A DNA stretch of 64,000 nt from Glaucostegus cemiculus (taxonomy: Eukaryota). The stretch spans positions 496,001 through 560,000 of the forward strand of contig CDPCPM010000149.1 in NCBI GenBank assembly GCA_976551045.1, written 5' to 3'. Below the pieces are notes generated by a model. That model saw nothing but the letters and a program-made list of their open reading frames with translations. It was not told where the DNA came from and did no database searches. Position numbers and translations under genes: made by a program. Position 1 is the stretch's first letter. Every line of letters begins with the position of its first letter. Shown here piece after piece: positions 28,030 to 41,619 of the stretch.

Positions 28030-28312
28030 AATGGCCAATACCAGAGGACGTCAGTTTAAGGTGAGTGGCAGAAAGTTTAGGGGAGATGTCAAAGGTAAAG
28101 GCAGTATATAAATGCACTGCCGGGGTGGTGGTAAACACCAAGGACGTTTAAAGACTCTTAGATAGGCACATGGATGCAAGAAAAATGGAGGGTTATGGAC
28201 TGTGTAGGAGGGAAGGGTTAGATTGATCATGGAGTAGGTTTATATAGGTCAGGACAACATAGTGGGCAGAAGGGCCCATACTGTACTGGACTATTCTATG
28301 TTCTACATTCTA
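28030..28312 (+). mobile_element. CR1 LINE 3' end with internal deletions
   Basis: NTRGRQFKVSGRKFRGDVKG, FKxLLDRHMD, tail gtgggcagaagggcc...ttctatgttcta. Confidence 0.88.
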
Positions 28313-28486
28313 ACCTTCATCATCCCAACACCAGATTCTGGCTGCCTTTCTCCTCTTTATCACCTGGCAGCTACCATGTGTTGCTGTTGCTTGGCTATGA
28401 TGGGCAGTGTGGCTTTAAGAGCAGATACCCTCTGGGATGAGTACACAGACAAGTACCTGCATCTGTGCTAAACTGGGCAGATCCTA

Positions 28487-28585
28487 TTTTAGTGCAAAGT
28501 TATCAGTGAAAAGCACTGATAATTTTTGAAAGCATCTTTTCAAAAATAGGAGTATTTCTGTGGATGACCTGACTTTGCACCAGAA
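28487..28585. repeat. Nested inverted repeat (T-shaped/cruciform)
   Basis: Outer gtgcaaagt/actttgcac encloses ttatcagtg/cactgataa and atttttgaaa/tttcaaaaat. Confidence 0.8.
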
Positions 28586-28675
28586 AAAGTTTGAAATCCA
28601 ATTTTTATGTATTCGATCACATTCTCACACTACTCCAAGCCTCACATCTCAGTTTGTGTGTTGTGCCTGCCATTT

Positions 28676-28808
28676 ATAAGATATCTTTTAGTCACATGTA
28701 CATCAAAACACAGTAAAATGCATCTTTTGCATACAGTGTTCTGGGAGCAGCCTACAAGTGTCGCCATGCTTCCGACACCAACATAGCATGCCCACGACTT
28801 CCTAATCC
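28676..28808 (-). mobile_element. V-SINE tail type A only (5'-truncated)
   Basis: Matches 14189-14320. Confidence 0.88.
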
Positions 28809-29471
28809 ATGAAACACTGCATGATACTACTTTACCTTTTCATATCCCACATCCATCATTCGATAATCTCATCCAATTTAAGATGCAGATGGAATAAGTG
28901 CACACCTTTTACTTGCTGCCTTCCCTCACCATGCCATGCCCTTAGGCCCTCCTTCTTTCTGCTCATCAAGAACTCAAGAGTGAAGAGTACACTCCATTAC
29001 CAGAACGCTCATGCATAACCATGAGCTCAATACTAAAATTTCAGGATCCTCAAATAGCTAGCCATTTTATACACTGGTCACAGACTAAACACGGATAAGG
29101 CAGCTCAGGAGCCAACTACTTGTTGCAGATGACTCAGAGGAAGAGTTCACTTGGCCAGATGACAAAGGTTTGTGGACATTCAGAAATGCTTGGGGCAGTG
29201 GCTGGTCTGCTTGAATGCCTGATTAAATGTCAGAGAGTCCAGTTCCTCCCTTATAAAGGACCTGAGGCAAAGCCTACAGCTCATTCTTTCCAGCATGGAA
29301 GTGGTTGTTTCATTCCCACATGTGCAGACCCAAGTATACAAGGTTTCATACAGCCCTTTTCGTATCCTTCTCCCCTTAACCTCTTCTGCCCACTTGGTGT
29401 TGCTTTCAATACTTCCTCAGCAGGCTGCCAAAAGGACCCATTTCATTAAGCACTCTAACTCAACAACTTTA

Positions 29472-29890
29472 AATTGGCAAATTAGTTTATTATTGTCACA
29501 CGTACCGAGGTACAGTGAAAAGTTTGTCTTGCATACTGTCCATACAGATCATTTCATTACAACAGTGCATTGAGGTAGTACAAGGTAAAACAATAACAGA
29601 ATACAGAATAAAATGTTACAATCACAAATAATGTGAAGAGGGTTGAGAGCATCAAGTTCCTGGAAGTGAACATCAACAGCCTGTCCTGGTCTAACCACAT
29701 AGATGCCATGGCTAATAAAACTCAGCAGTGCCTCTACTTCCTCAGGAGGCTAAAGAAACTTGCCATGCCCCTTTTGACCCTCACTAATTTTTAAATCAAT
29801 GCTCTACAGGAAGCATGATATCCAGATATCACAGCTTGGTACAGCAAATGCTCTTTTGGTGACTGAGAAACTGCAGAGAGTTGTGGACTT
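29472..29890. mobile_element. Rex1/Babar LINE with inverted structure (3' UTR on -, RT segment on +)
   Basis: 29472-29625 is the reverse complement of the 3' UTR seen at about 560-722; 29632-29890 is a sense copy of the region seen at 1-260. Confidence 0.85.
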
Positions 29891-30249
29891 AGGTTTTAAA
29901 CTTCTCCAAAAATATCCTGCAGTGTGTTTTCATTGAAGTTATCAACCCCCAGCTAAATCATGAACAAAACTACATGCTCTTGAGCATCCTTTTGGACAGC
30001 ATTAAGTAGTAGTAGTACTTATTTTTGCTGAGTACCATATTCGGTACATATGATTAATCCACACCAGTAGCTGCATCAACATAGCATCAAATCAAAGCAG
30101 CACAAAGGCTGATGTCTATAACTAACTGCTTTGCATACTTTCTGAATGTATGCATGTGCTACCAGGCTACAAGTTTCACAAGCTGTGGTATAACAACACA
30201 CCCCATTTCTGAAGTTTCTTCCATTTTCAGTTTAGTACAAATAAAGCAT

Positions 30250-30572
30250 AAGCTTGCATTCTTTTTATATCTTTAATCTCATAGCATGCCAAACCAATAA
30301 CCCTTCAATGTGCTGCTTCTCAGGAATATTTACATTTACGCAGGCAGCAAGATACCCCAAATAATAAAATGAGATGACTGATCTGGACTTTGTAGTATGG
30401 TTGAAGGAGGAATATTGGCCAAAAGAAATCCCCTTTGCTCTATGGGCCTTTTTGCTTCCACTTCAGTCATCAGGTAGATAAGGCTTGGGTTTTAACCAGA
30501 CATTCAACAGGGAAACACTTCCAGCAATGGAGTAGATCATAATGCAGTATTCTGGAAGTGAGCTTAAATCAC
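30250..30572 (-). mobile_element. Ancient DeuSINE-like element
   Basis: gcaagataccccaa...ggttgaaggaggaatattggcc...ggtagataaggcttgggttttaac. Confidence 0.5.
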
Positions 30573-30574
30573 GA

Positions 30575-30698
30575 AGTTGATCATAGAAAAAAAAGAGGGC
30601 TATGGGTAAGCCTAGTAATTTCTAGGGCAGGGACATGTTCGGTACAGCTTCGTGGGCCGAAGGGCCTGAATTGTGCTGTAGCTTTTCTATGTTTCTAT
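30575..30698 (+). mobile_element. CR1 LINE 3' tail
   Basis: agagggctatggg...gtgggccgaagggcctgaattgtgctgtagcttttctatgtttctat. Confidence 0.85.
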
Positions 30699-33295
30699 AA
30701 ACTTTCAAATCCACTCCTCAAAGAATCAAAACTTTGACCAAAAAAGTCAAGATAACGTAAAAGAAGAGTAAAAATTAGTTTTCAATTTCTAACAATAACT
30801 TTTTTTTTTACAGAAAGCTCTTCCATATCCATTAAAGTAAATTTTCAAGGTTAGGAACATTATTGGATAATGGTTAAGACTTCCTGGCCTGGACCATACG
30901 TGTGATGGCCTTTGGCCAGTGTACACATCCAGTGTTAATCCTAGTCGGTCCCACTTGTGATTTGTTGCCATGTGGCACTGAACACCTTGGAGGCCACAAA
31001 TGATAACCAGGCTTCAGACGGTAGAACTTTAGGCCCTGCTTCTAATCATCTTGACTGGTTGCTGACAACTTAATTTGCCAAACTCTTTCAAATGTCTCTT
31101 GATGCTTCTAATATCTTAAATTTAAAAAAACTGAAAGTTGGCAGAATACATGCAACCATTCTAAATTAAAAATGTTATGATAAAGAGAAAGTTAAAAATT
31201 GAGAAATTACTGAAGCCAAGTGACCTCATTCAAATGAATGAGGCTGTGCTAGGTATATCACCTACAGCTGGCATAACGCCAGTTGATGGGATACAGAGTG
31301 AAATTGGCCTCAGTAGATAGAGTCACACCTGCCCTCTGGACTCAGTGGAGTCCAGTAGCAGAGAAAATGTTCAGATATGGCAGCCAAGAACATCTGCTAC
31401 GTTCAGCATTTCCACACTGCAATGCATAGGACTGGAACTTATGAATGTGCTGACACATAGGAAGAAAACAGCCAGTGGTTGCCTTATGATCCATCAGCCC
31501 AAAGTGAATACAATCTCCCCACTATAAAACTAATCACCTCCATTTGAAATGAGGTCCTACTTGTGGCATGTTTAGTCAATACCAGTTTAGCAAGTTTGTA
31601 CCCTTCATGTATTTGAATTTCAAGCACAATAGTGGTGTACCAAAGCTTGTTAAAGAGATGGGTAGCAGCTTCCTAATTTCCATGTTTTACGGCATCAATG
31701 CAGAAGTCAAGAATTGCCATCTAATTTACTCCTTAATAAACATGAGTACTGCAAGCTTCACCATTACTGCTACCACAAGTTCTGAATTAATAGTTTTCCT
31801 CTGTTAAAACATCTGAATGCAATTTCCAATTTGTTTTCCATTTGGTTTATTATCCACTAGATTCCAAACCAAACTTAGAAGCAGAAGTAATGTACACCAC
31901 GATGTATACCAGTGGTACAATACCTTTGAAACCCAGCAACATTGAATCATTCTGGCCTGATTGTTGGGGGGTGGGGGTTGTGGGGGGAAGCTGTCAAAGT
32001 ACAATGTGAATTTAGAAACCCCGTCTCCCAGCAGAACCACAGCAATTCCTCCTGATCTCAAGTCCATCAGTCATTTCATAGTGTTCAGCACTAACAATGC
32101 TAGAGGGAATTGACATGGATACCACAAAGAAAAAGGGAAAAATTACCAAAACATTAAATTAAGCTATTCAGAAGAGTTCATAAATTCCCATGAGATAATA
32201 AATAACGATAAAATAATTCACATTCTCCAACTATTCTGACTATAACTCGATTAAGTGACAGTCTGCTAGGGAAATACAGAACAATTGTTTTATTTTACAC
32301 ATGGACTATGAGACTTGTACCAGAAGTGAACCAAAATTTGCATAAATGACAAAAAAAAATATACGACCCTGACACTAAAAGGCTGGAAATATCCTGTGGA
32401 AAATCTGTACATAAATCAAATCAGCCCAAATCCTGTCATTACTCAGCACTATATTGATGTGCAGCTGTTGGTAGCGATTTGGGGAACCAGCAGGGGCTGG
32501 AAAGTCTTTTTACTCGACTCCAACACGATCACAGTAGAACCTCATCAAAGTAAGTGTTCATAATTTGTCACAGAAAGGAGCCAATTAACATGTGCTCGGA
32601 AACTGCTCTAAAAGATAATATATGGTTAAAGACCTAACACAGCTGTTAAAAATCAAAACCTTTACAGTTTAAAAGAAATCTGAGATTACTTTGTGATCTT
32701 TTATTTGCTACAATTTGCTCCTACAGGCATGAGGACCACAAGAAGTAAATCTTCTTTAATAAATTGATCAGATTTACAATATACTGCCGTCAACAGCTTT
32801 GAGTGCATACACCAATACGTCACCAGTGCAACAAAGATCCTTTGTAAAAGCATGGTTATGACCATATAAAATGCTACTGCTCATGAATTTTCCAAATGAG
32901 ATGGTTAATACGTACATAATACTTTCAAATAAAATGGATCCACCACATAATCAAACCAAAATTGTCATATTGTTATAAAATCCAAAGCATTGTGATGATT
33001 ATGCACAAACTACTTATAGAAAAATATGAAGTTGACTTTATTCAGTTCATGTAACAAATAGAAAAGTTACTGTACTTTAGACCAAGGTAATTTACAAATA
33101 TTATTTTAATTCTGCAAGTACATTGATCCACTCCAGGCCTTGTGCCTCGATCTCAATGGACATTTATCTAGTCTCTTCACTGGAGGCATTGATGGAGAGT
33201 TAGTTAAATGGCAATTCATGACAAATCAAGGAAACAGTTTATCTTGAAGAACATTTATGGCACATCTTGTACACCACTGCCCACAGGCACAGAGC

Positions 33296-33568
33296 AGGCA
33301 TGGTAGTGTAGTAGTTAGCGTAATGGTTTACAGTGCCAGTGACCCAGGTTCAATTCCGGCCACTGTCTGTAAGGAGTTTGTACATTCTCCCCATGTCTGC
33401 GTGGGTTTCCTCCCACATTCCAAAAAAAGACGTACAGGATACGAAGCTGTGGGCATGCTATGTTGGCACAGGAAGCGTGGCGACATTTGCGGGCAGCCCC
33501 CAGAACACTACGCAAAAATGCATTTCACTGTGTTTTGATGTACATGTGACTAATAAAGATATCTTATC
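33296..33568 (+). mobile_element. V-SINE, tail type A
   Basis: A-box tggtagtgtagtagttagc, B-box ggttcaattcc, V-domain with small deletion, tail A. Confidence 0.92.
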
Positions 33569-34192
33569 ACAACAGCACAGACCAAAAAATGATACATGTC
33601 TGTGAGTATCAGATACTTGCCCCCACACCCTCCATGCCGCCCAGCCCGCCCCCAATTTTCCATTTAGGAAAGCCATTTGCTGGCAAAAACATTATTTCTT
33701 AATGTCCAGCACACACAAATACATTTATTTCTGGAAGTTTCATTAGATTTCATTGCTCCAAACAGGAGGTTCACTCCCACTTTGGTTTATTCTGACTCCA
33801 GGGAGTTAAAGATCTCTTCAGGCCACCTTACTAGATACTTCCAACAGTGCTTAAATGAATTACATCATTTCAACTAGAATAGATGTGAATAATCAATGAA
33901 AATATCCAAACTAACATTGTATGATACATTGGTTCAGACACTCCAACCGAAATTTCTACCAAATGTAGCCCTAATGTCTGCAAAATTTATGTATATAGAG
34001 CGAGGTTTAGTTCAATAAATCACATTTCCTAAACCACAACAGTGGTTGTATTTTTAAAGCATTTAATTAGATATTGCACACTTTGGAAATCCATGAACAT
34101 TATGCAAGTGCTATGTGAATGTTAGTTCATTTTTCAATCAAAAAAATGATTTTCAGTAGAGATTACACCGATATCCCTCTGTGGTAATAGTC

Positions 34193-34630
34193 AGAGCATT
34201 CTGACTGGTTGCATCACAGGCTGGTATAGAGGCTCCAATGCACAGCATCAGAAGAGGTTGCAGAGGACTGCAGACTCAGCCAGCTCCATCATGGGTACAA
34301 CCCTCCTCCCCTCTATCAAAGACATCTTCAAGAGGTGGCGCATCAGGAAGGTGGCATCCATCATCAAGGACCTTCACCATCTGGGACATACCCTCTTCAC
34401 GTTACTACCATCAGGGAAGTGGTACAGGAACCTGAAGACCCACACTCAATGATTCAGGAACAGCTTCTTCCCCTCTGCCATCAGATTTCTGAATGATCCA
34501 TGAACACTACCTTGTTATTTTACACTATTTAATTTGTAACTTATAGTAAATTTTATGTCTTGCTTTGTACTGCTGCCAAAAAACAACAAATTTCATAACA
34601 TATGTTAGTGATAATAAATCTGATTCTGAT
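34193..34630 (+). mobile_element. Rex1/Babar LINE 3' part
   Basis: SILTGCITGWY...LQRTADSASSIMG...KVASIIKDLHHLGHTLFTLLPSGKWYR..SFFPSAIRFLN; tail tctgattctgat. Confidence 0.9.
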
Positions 34631-35113
34631 GGATAAAGAGGATACAAATCTTTAAGTTATGGAATATATGCTAATCTCTTTTTAAATACATTCCTGAAAT
34701 CTCCCATTTGCTCATTCACACTGAAAAATGGGACAGCACACAAATGACATTTCTTCACAATTATATTTTTCAGCCAGGTGTTGCTCGAGAGCCAGTACAC
34801 ATGCCCAAAACAGAGGTCTCCTAAAAAAATTTGATTGTATTTCAACAACTGAGCTATGATACCAATGGAATTTTTAAGGAAACAATATGCAGAACGTGCC
34901 CCAAGCACAATCTAATCATGGGCAACAAATGTTAATATCGCTTAACTGGAATTTTGTAAACAAACATTAGAGGGGATACCCAAAACATGGCAGGTAGGTT
35001 TTTCAAGTTTTTTTTCCTCATGGTTAATAGAAGCTGCTCCTAGCCCTACAAAAGTCTTTTGGCCCAAAGACAAACCATACATGGCCCTGAATGTTTTCTT
35101 TCCCCTTTCTCAA

Positions 35114-35364
35114 TAGTGTAGCTGTTAACGTAAAGTCTATTACAGCAACTGCGACACAGGTTGAATTCCGGCCACTGTCTGTAAGTTCTCCCCGTATCTG
35201 TATGGGTTTCCTCTGGGTGCTCCAGTTTCTTCCCACTTTCCAAAGACGTACAGGTTAGGAAGTTGTGGGCTTGCTATGTTGGCGCCAGAAACATGGTGAC
35301 ACTATGCAAAAGATGCATTTCACTGTGTGTTTCAACGTACATGTGACTAATAAAGATCTCTATC
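35114..35364 (+). mobile_element. V-SINE, tail type A, with internal deletions
   Basis: Head, V-domain and gatgcatttcactgtgtgt...gtgactaataaagat. Confidence 0.88.
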
Positions 35365-35682
35365 AGTATCTTCAGTTTAAACACTGGATTTCTCCCTCCT
35401 TCACAATCTTGATGAGCTGCCTGTCACTTCCTGCTGACATTCGAACATTGCGCAACAATGAAAATAGTTTTGACCTTTTTCCTATTGTTATTGGGTGGCC
35501 AATGCACCGAACCAGATTTTAGAATTAACTGCATGGTATCAAACATGTTTGATGAAAGGGACATTGTGTTCACATCTTGCATTAAACTATCATATTAGAT
35601 ATACTATACATTGGCAGTGTGAATTAATGACAGAATGCAATTAAAATGAGGTTCATTTGTGAAAGTAACTTAAGGAACTGAA

Positions 35683-36275
35683 GAACACAAGAAACAGAAG
35701 TGATAGTAGACTGTTTGGAGCTTTGCACCTCCTACACCTTTCAGTAAGATCATGGCTGATCTTTCACCACAGTGCCACTTTTCTGCAGTCTCTCTTTATC
35801 ACCTAATCCCATTTTGCACATACCCAGTCACTGACTCTCCAACCTTGGGTGCAGAATTCCAAAGATTTGGCATCCTCTGTGTGGAGAATTTTCATCTTAC
35901 CCGTTCTGAAGAGTTGGCCCTTTATTCTGAGACCAAGACAGATCCTAGACACCAGCCAGGAGAAGCATCATCTCTGGATTGACAATATGAAACCCCGCAA
36001 CAATTCTGTACACTTCATCAGAAGTCACCTCTCATTCTTCTAAACTCAAGAGTACAGGCCCAGTTTGCTTAATCTCTCTTTATTCCACAGATCTGTCATT
36101 CCAGGAATCAGTTGATGGAATTCTGCCGCAGTTTATCACACATATATCCTTTCTTAAGTAGGGACACAAGACTTGTACATAATATTCCAGAAGTGGTCTT
36201 ACCTATATAATTGGAGCAGGACGTCTCTACTTATGTACTCAAATTATTTTTCAATAGACATCAACATACCATTTG
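35683..36275 (-). mobile_element. Degraded CR1 3' part
   Basis: taagatcatggctgatc, gcagaattccaaagatt, ctcattcttctaaactc, cttaatctctc, caatattccag signatures. Confidence 0.8.
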
Positions 36276-37083
36276 TTCTATCATTAACTATTTAAGATCA
36301 GATTGAAAAGGCCTTTCAGCATCAATCCAATTCCTGATTAAGCACAATTCCACTTTTCAAACCCAGAGTCCTCCTGCAGCTGAAATGTCCTATACAGTAG
36401 TAATTTACATAACCTCAACTGTCCTCTCACTAAGGAGACCTCAAGTATTACATTTTTTGTTATATTCAAGTATTACTAATCACAAATATATCAACTGTTA
36501 CTCACTCTATAGGATAATTACTCAATTGCCTTCTTATCAATCAACTGTTACTACTTCTTCCTCCATCTGAAGAAGCTGCAACAAAGAGGTGACGCCTGCT
36601 GAACTCTGTATACCAGTACAGAGTGGACAACAAAGAACAATATTGCAAAGCCAGTGGGCGTGTAATCTATGTGTGAACCATATTGGGACAGTTTAAAAAA
36701 AAGCAAATGCTTCTCTTTTAAAATGGTACAATAAACATTTATAAATAATCATTTGAACATTTATTTTTTTTTAAAGGAATTAGATTCATGCTACAGACCA
36801 GGGAAAAAAATAATCCCATATTTGACAATTTGATTGTACAGTAGTAACTTGCAACCTGCATCAAAATTCCAAATTCACAGCTGACTGTTACTATTGAAAT
36901 GATTCAGCTAATTCAAAAGACCCATCCTAAATACTGTATGTGGATTTTCTGTCCTGAAGGAAGATATAATTTTCCCATTGCTGCTTAAATTGAGTAAGTA
37001 TTTACTTTGGGTTAGAAATCCAACAAATCAATAGAATATTTCTGAAAATTGTAAAATACAGGTTCAAGTAATTTAAAAATTGC

Positions 37084-37277
37084 AAAGCAGAAAATGCTGG
37101 AAACATTCAGCTGATTAGATAGCACCCATGGAGAAAGAAAGTCCATCCTTCAGACCAAAGACCCTTTATCGGGAGTTCTGACAAATGATCTTCAACCCAA
37201 AATGTTAACTCTGTCTCTTTTTCTACAGATGCTGCCCTACCTGCTGTGTGTTTCTTGTATTTTCTGCTTTTAATTCA
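37084..37277. mobile_element. Palindromic pair of Penelope-like termini
   Basis: aaagcagaaaatgctggaaacattcagc ... gctgtgtgtttcttgtattttctgcttt inverted arms with decayed hammerhead cores at the centre. Confidence 0.7.
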
Positions 37278-37319
37278 ACTTGGATGATATCAAGAAAGGG
37301 AACACATTATCATTCAGGG

Positions 37320-37570
37320 AAAGCTATGGGGGATATTTAAAGGTTATTAAGTTACAGAGGGGCTCAAGGAAAAGGAAGAGATAGGGATCATTATTTTAAA
37401 AACTCTTTTTCTGAGATTAAGTGCTCAAGAAGTCAATGAGGCAGAAAGCATTGTGTCTTGGGGATATTAGATCAGCACTTGAAAAGGATAACAAGATTAG
37501 TTTTGGATGGCTGTAACACAGATGATGCAGACATGATGGGTTGAATAGCCCCCTTTAATGCATTAATCTA
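37320..37570 (+). mobile_element. Very old CR1 3' remnant
   Basis: gcagacatgatgggttgaatagcc tail-like motif. Confidence 0.45.
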
Positions 37571-37825
37571 CAGCATTATGTGAGGGCCTTATTGATGCAA
37601 GGTAATTGAAAACTATTAGAATCTTCAAGACAGCTGAATGTTCAGACAAAAATTGCTATCATAGAAGGAAAATTCTGTTAACGTCTCAGAACCTTTTATT
37701 GATGGGATTTAGCCCAAAGTATTAGCAAGTTTGTCAGTGAAGTATTGATATTCCTACAATTACTTTTATGCTTGAAGAGCAAAATTAAACAAAGGGAAGC
37801 CACCTAATTTTGCTAATGGTTCCTT

Positions 37826-37990
37826 AGAACAGAACAGTGTAGCACAGGAACAAGCCCTTCGGCCCATCACAATCATGCTGACTATGTTACCAATTTAAAC
37901 TAATCCCATCTGCCTGCACAGCTCTATATCCTTCCCTTCCCTGCCTGTTCATGTGCTTGTCTAAATGCCTCTTTAAACGCTGCTATTGTA
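37826..37990 (-). mobile_element. CR1 3' end
   Basis: agcacaggaacaagcccttcggccca...tgtctaaatgcctctttaaa. Confidence 0.85.
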
Positions 37991-39179
37991 ATGTTTAATC
38001 GCTAACAAACCATGCACTGATGTGGTATGCTGCAACTTCACTGACCATGTCTGCCCACAGAAAGTACACAGAAAACAACAATGGCAGACATAGAAAAAAT
38101 ACTGAACCACAGCAGAATACAGGATATGAACATTTGCATTACCCTGTTACTAAAAGGTATTTAAAGAAAACATTTTTATTGAAGTGAGCTTTGGATTAAC
38201 ACAAAAGTTGGTAGTTAAGTAATACTTAAACATTAAAAAAAACTAAAACCAAATGGCACAGAATGTTTCCTATTTATTTCCTACTGATCTAAAAACCAAA
38301 GTGCACCCACTGACATGACTGCTTACTGAAGTTGTTGAGCAAGGCCAGGAGGAACTGTTCTTCACGTCTTGACAATGTGATTAGACATGCCTTCAAAAAC
38401 TTAATGGGTGCTATTTCGACCCTACGATGCAGCACAATGGTCCAAAAATGAGAAATGTCAGTCCACAGAACTGCCTCTCATTTAGTACATTAATGGCTGG
38501 GGAGATAATGACATGGCAGGGGTGGGAGTGCTGTTCATTAGTGGCTGCAGATATGCACAATTTCAATACGAACTAGGAAAGGCACCACTTTCCAAATTAA
38601 AAGCACTTTTTAATATTTTTTTTGGTGGAAACCCTTAAAAGACTATAAGGATTGCTTGTCTGGCTGCTCCAAGTTTGAGAACATTAACAAAAGCACATAC
38701 AATTGTGCAGTGTAACTTCCAGTCCATTTTGGTTTGATGTTATACAGGTTAACAGATAAATTATATGCAATATTTGAGTGAAACTTTGGTTGCATGGCCA
38801 GTCAAACCAAATAAAAATCCTACTGTTCATTCAGCCAATATATATGATTATGATCATAATTTTCCACACACTTCCCACCTGCTGTCATGCGAACCCAACA
38901 GCACCCACATTATTTATAGAAAAAAATCCTCTCCTTTATTCAATCAAATTTAGTCTGGATGACAACATTAATCCTCATTCATGTTAAAGGGTTGCCACTT
39001 GTAAGTGACAATTTCTGCCCCAGATAGAAACTATTCCAATTTCTTTTCAATCAGCACCAACTCCTTAAGCTAAAGGGACATTTTACTCTCTGGGAAAAGA
39101 CCATTTTGGTTGAAAGTACAATTAATTTCTTCCATTCTGCATCTTGAACCATGAATTCTGATTTTCCCTAATCTATCTA

Positions 39180-39520
39180 GTTAAAATAAATGGTCCACAT
39201 GAACCCAGTACAGACTTTTATAAACCTAATTGAGATCATGTGTGTACACTTTTTCCAGAAGTGTACAAACCCAGTTCTCTGAGCCTCTCTGGGGAACTAA
39301 GCTGCTTTGGACTGAGTTGTTTCTTATCTTATGGTCCTGCTCTGCACCTTTTATAAAGCCTTAATATTCTACAACATGTAAGGAGGGGAAAAGTAAACAC
39401 TGTAATCCAGTTGAGGCTTAACTATAGTCTTGTTCAAGGACAAAATTGTATGCTTTGTTTTGTTATGGATTGTCCCATGAATATAACCTATTTACTTTGG
39501 CTATAGTGTCATACAGTGAT
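39180..39520 (-). mobile_element. Very old CR1 fragment
   Basis: ttttataaacctaattgagatc, cccagttctctgagcctctc, ctctgcacc, tccagttgaggcttaacta. Confidence 0.55.
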
Positions 39521-41619
39521 CATGCATCAATGTTCTTTTTTCAAGGCTTATATTAAGGGCACAATTACATTGCTACTTCTGTATTGTCCACTTTCTGATT
39601 ACAGAAAATAAAACAATAAAACTCTCAAGCATGGTCCCAATCTGAGGCTGTCTTGCAGCTCTACAATTCACAAAGCATGGAATACAACTCATGTACTCAA
39701 GGGCCACCTGGAAATTTTATAAACTTACAAAATTGCTTTATATGTTCTCAAAACAGAAAAACCCACTATGCACTTCAGGCCTTAAAAAATTAGGAGATGG
39801 AAACAGTGTTCCATGCATGAATGCACAGTTGGTATCAGATGGCTGCAGTGTAAATATAGTCAAAATAAAATTGAAACATTAACGTACTATGGTATCTTCC
39901 ATTTACTCTGCCAGGAGTACAAGTCATGCAATCTTTGAATGTATTTGATGCAAATTCACCATGATACATAAACTATGTGCAACTATTATTAATTGATGGA
40001 TAAAAATGTTTTGAAGTTCCAATCAAATTTTTCATTGTTGAAAATATGCTACTTGAACAAGTCTGCAGAACGTATTGCAACATGATTTTTTTTTATATAT
40101 TATAGATCAATGTTCTTTAAGTTATTAGATTTACTATTTCATAAAATTACTGCATATGTTGCAATGTAGAATGTATTCTAAATATTTTCTGGCTGTTTTA
40201 TGGTATTGTTCTTTTGTCAACCACTTCAAGGACAAAACTTTTTCCAATGCCAGCTGTTGCCAAACACTGAAGTAGAACCATTAAGGTTTATAACTAGTGA
40301 TAAGACTTCTTTAATATCATCAACACAAAATTAATAACTCACATATCTCCACTATTACCAGATATGCCCATACACCTGACCAAATTCTTCTGATAAGCAG
40401 GCTTTTAATATTAAACTAACTTTACTAAAGCCTACACTTTTTTTAAATGTTCCAAATTTTGTACAAAATTTGAGTTAGTCAATTTACTTTTTTTAAAAAT
40501 TGGAGATAAAATCCTTCACCTCTAAATTGATAATGGTGCAATTTGAGTAAAACAAATAGTTTCATAAGCACTGACTGAGCATTTTCCACACATCCAAGAA
40601 AAGAATGTTTCAATGATACAGCTGACAGAATCAAACTTTTATTTTACAACAGTGATCATTTTTTCTTCATGACTGGTAGATGGCTAGGTACAGATCCAAA
40701 TACCACGCTCAATATGTAAACCAAAATTGTGATTACAGCTTTAATTTGAACCCTTTGAAAAAGCTATTCATAAACGAGTATAGCTCCTTCACAGGAATTT
40801 CCTCAAGACACAAGTTAGCAATAGACTGCAGAGTTTTAAACAATTTCAAGTTTACAGTGCTCAGAGCAAGCTAACAATAGAAACAACCAAAGTAGTCTGA
40901 ATCAGCTGAATTTTGACCAGGTTGAAATTAAGAGAAATTGGCAGTTAAGTGCATAACTATTACATCAAGTGGTCACAGATGCAAAAACTAGACTGTAATC
41001 AACTTGATTTCATCAGTTACTATTTAAATTCTACCAAGAAGTCAACTAAAAAGTCTTAGATAGGAAAGCTCTCAATCGCGAAGAAGGGAAAACTTGTGAT
41101 AGTAACTTCCCTACATTCTCTTTATTCAGTTATTTTTATTGACCAATGCACAAAGAGCAATTATTTTCTCAAAAAGTAACACCACTCTTAGTCTTGCTCA
41201 TTTTTATATTTCAACAGCTTTATTGCTTCAGTTAGCATTGAAGATGTTCCTAACATGTTTTTACAGAAAGTGGGGAAAGAAAAAAAATACCAGATCGATA
41301 AAGAAACGAAAGAGTTACAACAAAATAGGAAAGTGACTGAGAAACTGGTGATAGAGCTGGGCTCTGAAAAAAATGGCAAAAGTAGAGAGCAAAAAGTGTC
41401 AAAAAAGAGCCAAATAGATAGCACTGCAAAATATCTCCTTCTGTCCAAACTATGCTAATGTGGTTTGATGCAAGACATGCACAGAATGTGTGCTGCAAGC
41501 TCATTAACATAATATCAGTAACCAGAAAAGATTAACCATACTCATTTAGCCATAATGCTTAATTTCTTGAGAAACTAGCACCAATACAGGCTGGCTGGTG
41601 ACTAAAGCCACCTTACACC

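Noticed and set aside
41255-41458. Lys/Glu-rich 67-aa ORF
   Set aside because: Results from purine-rich composition; no domain or credible splice donor
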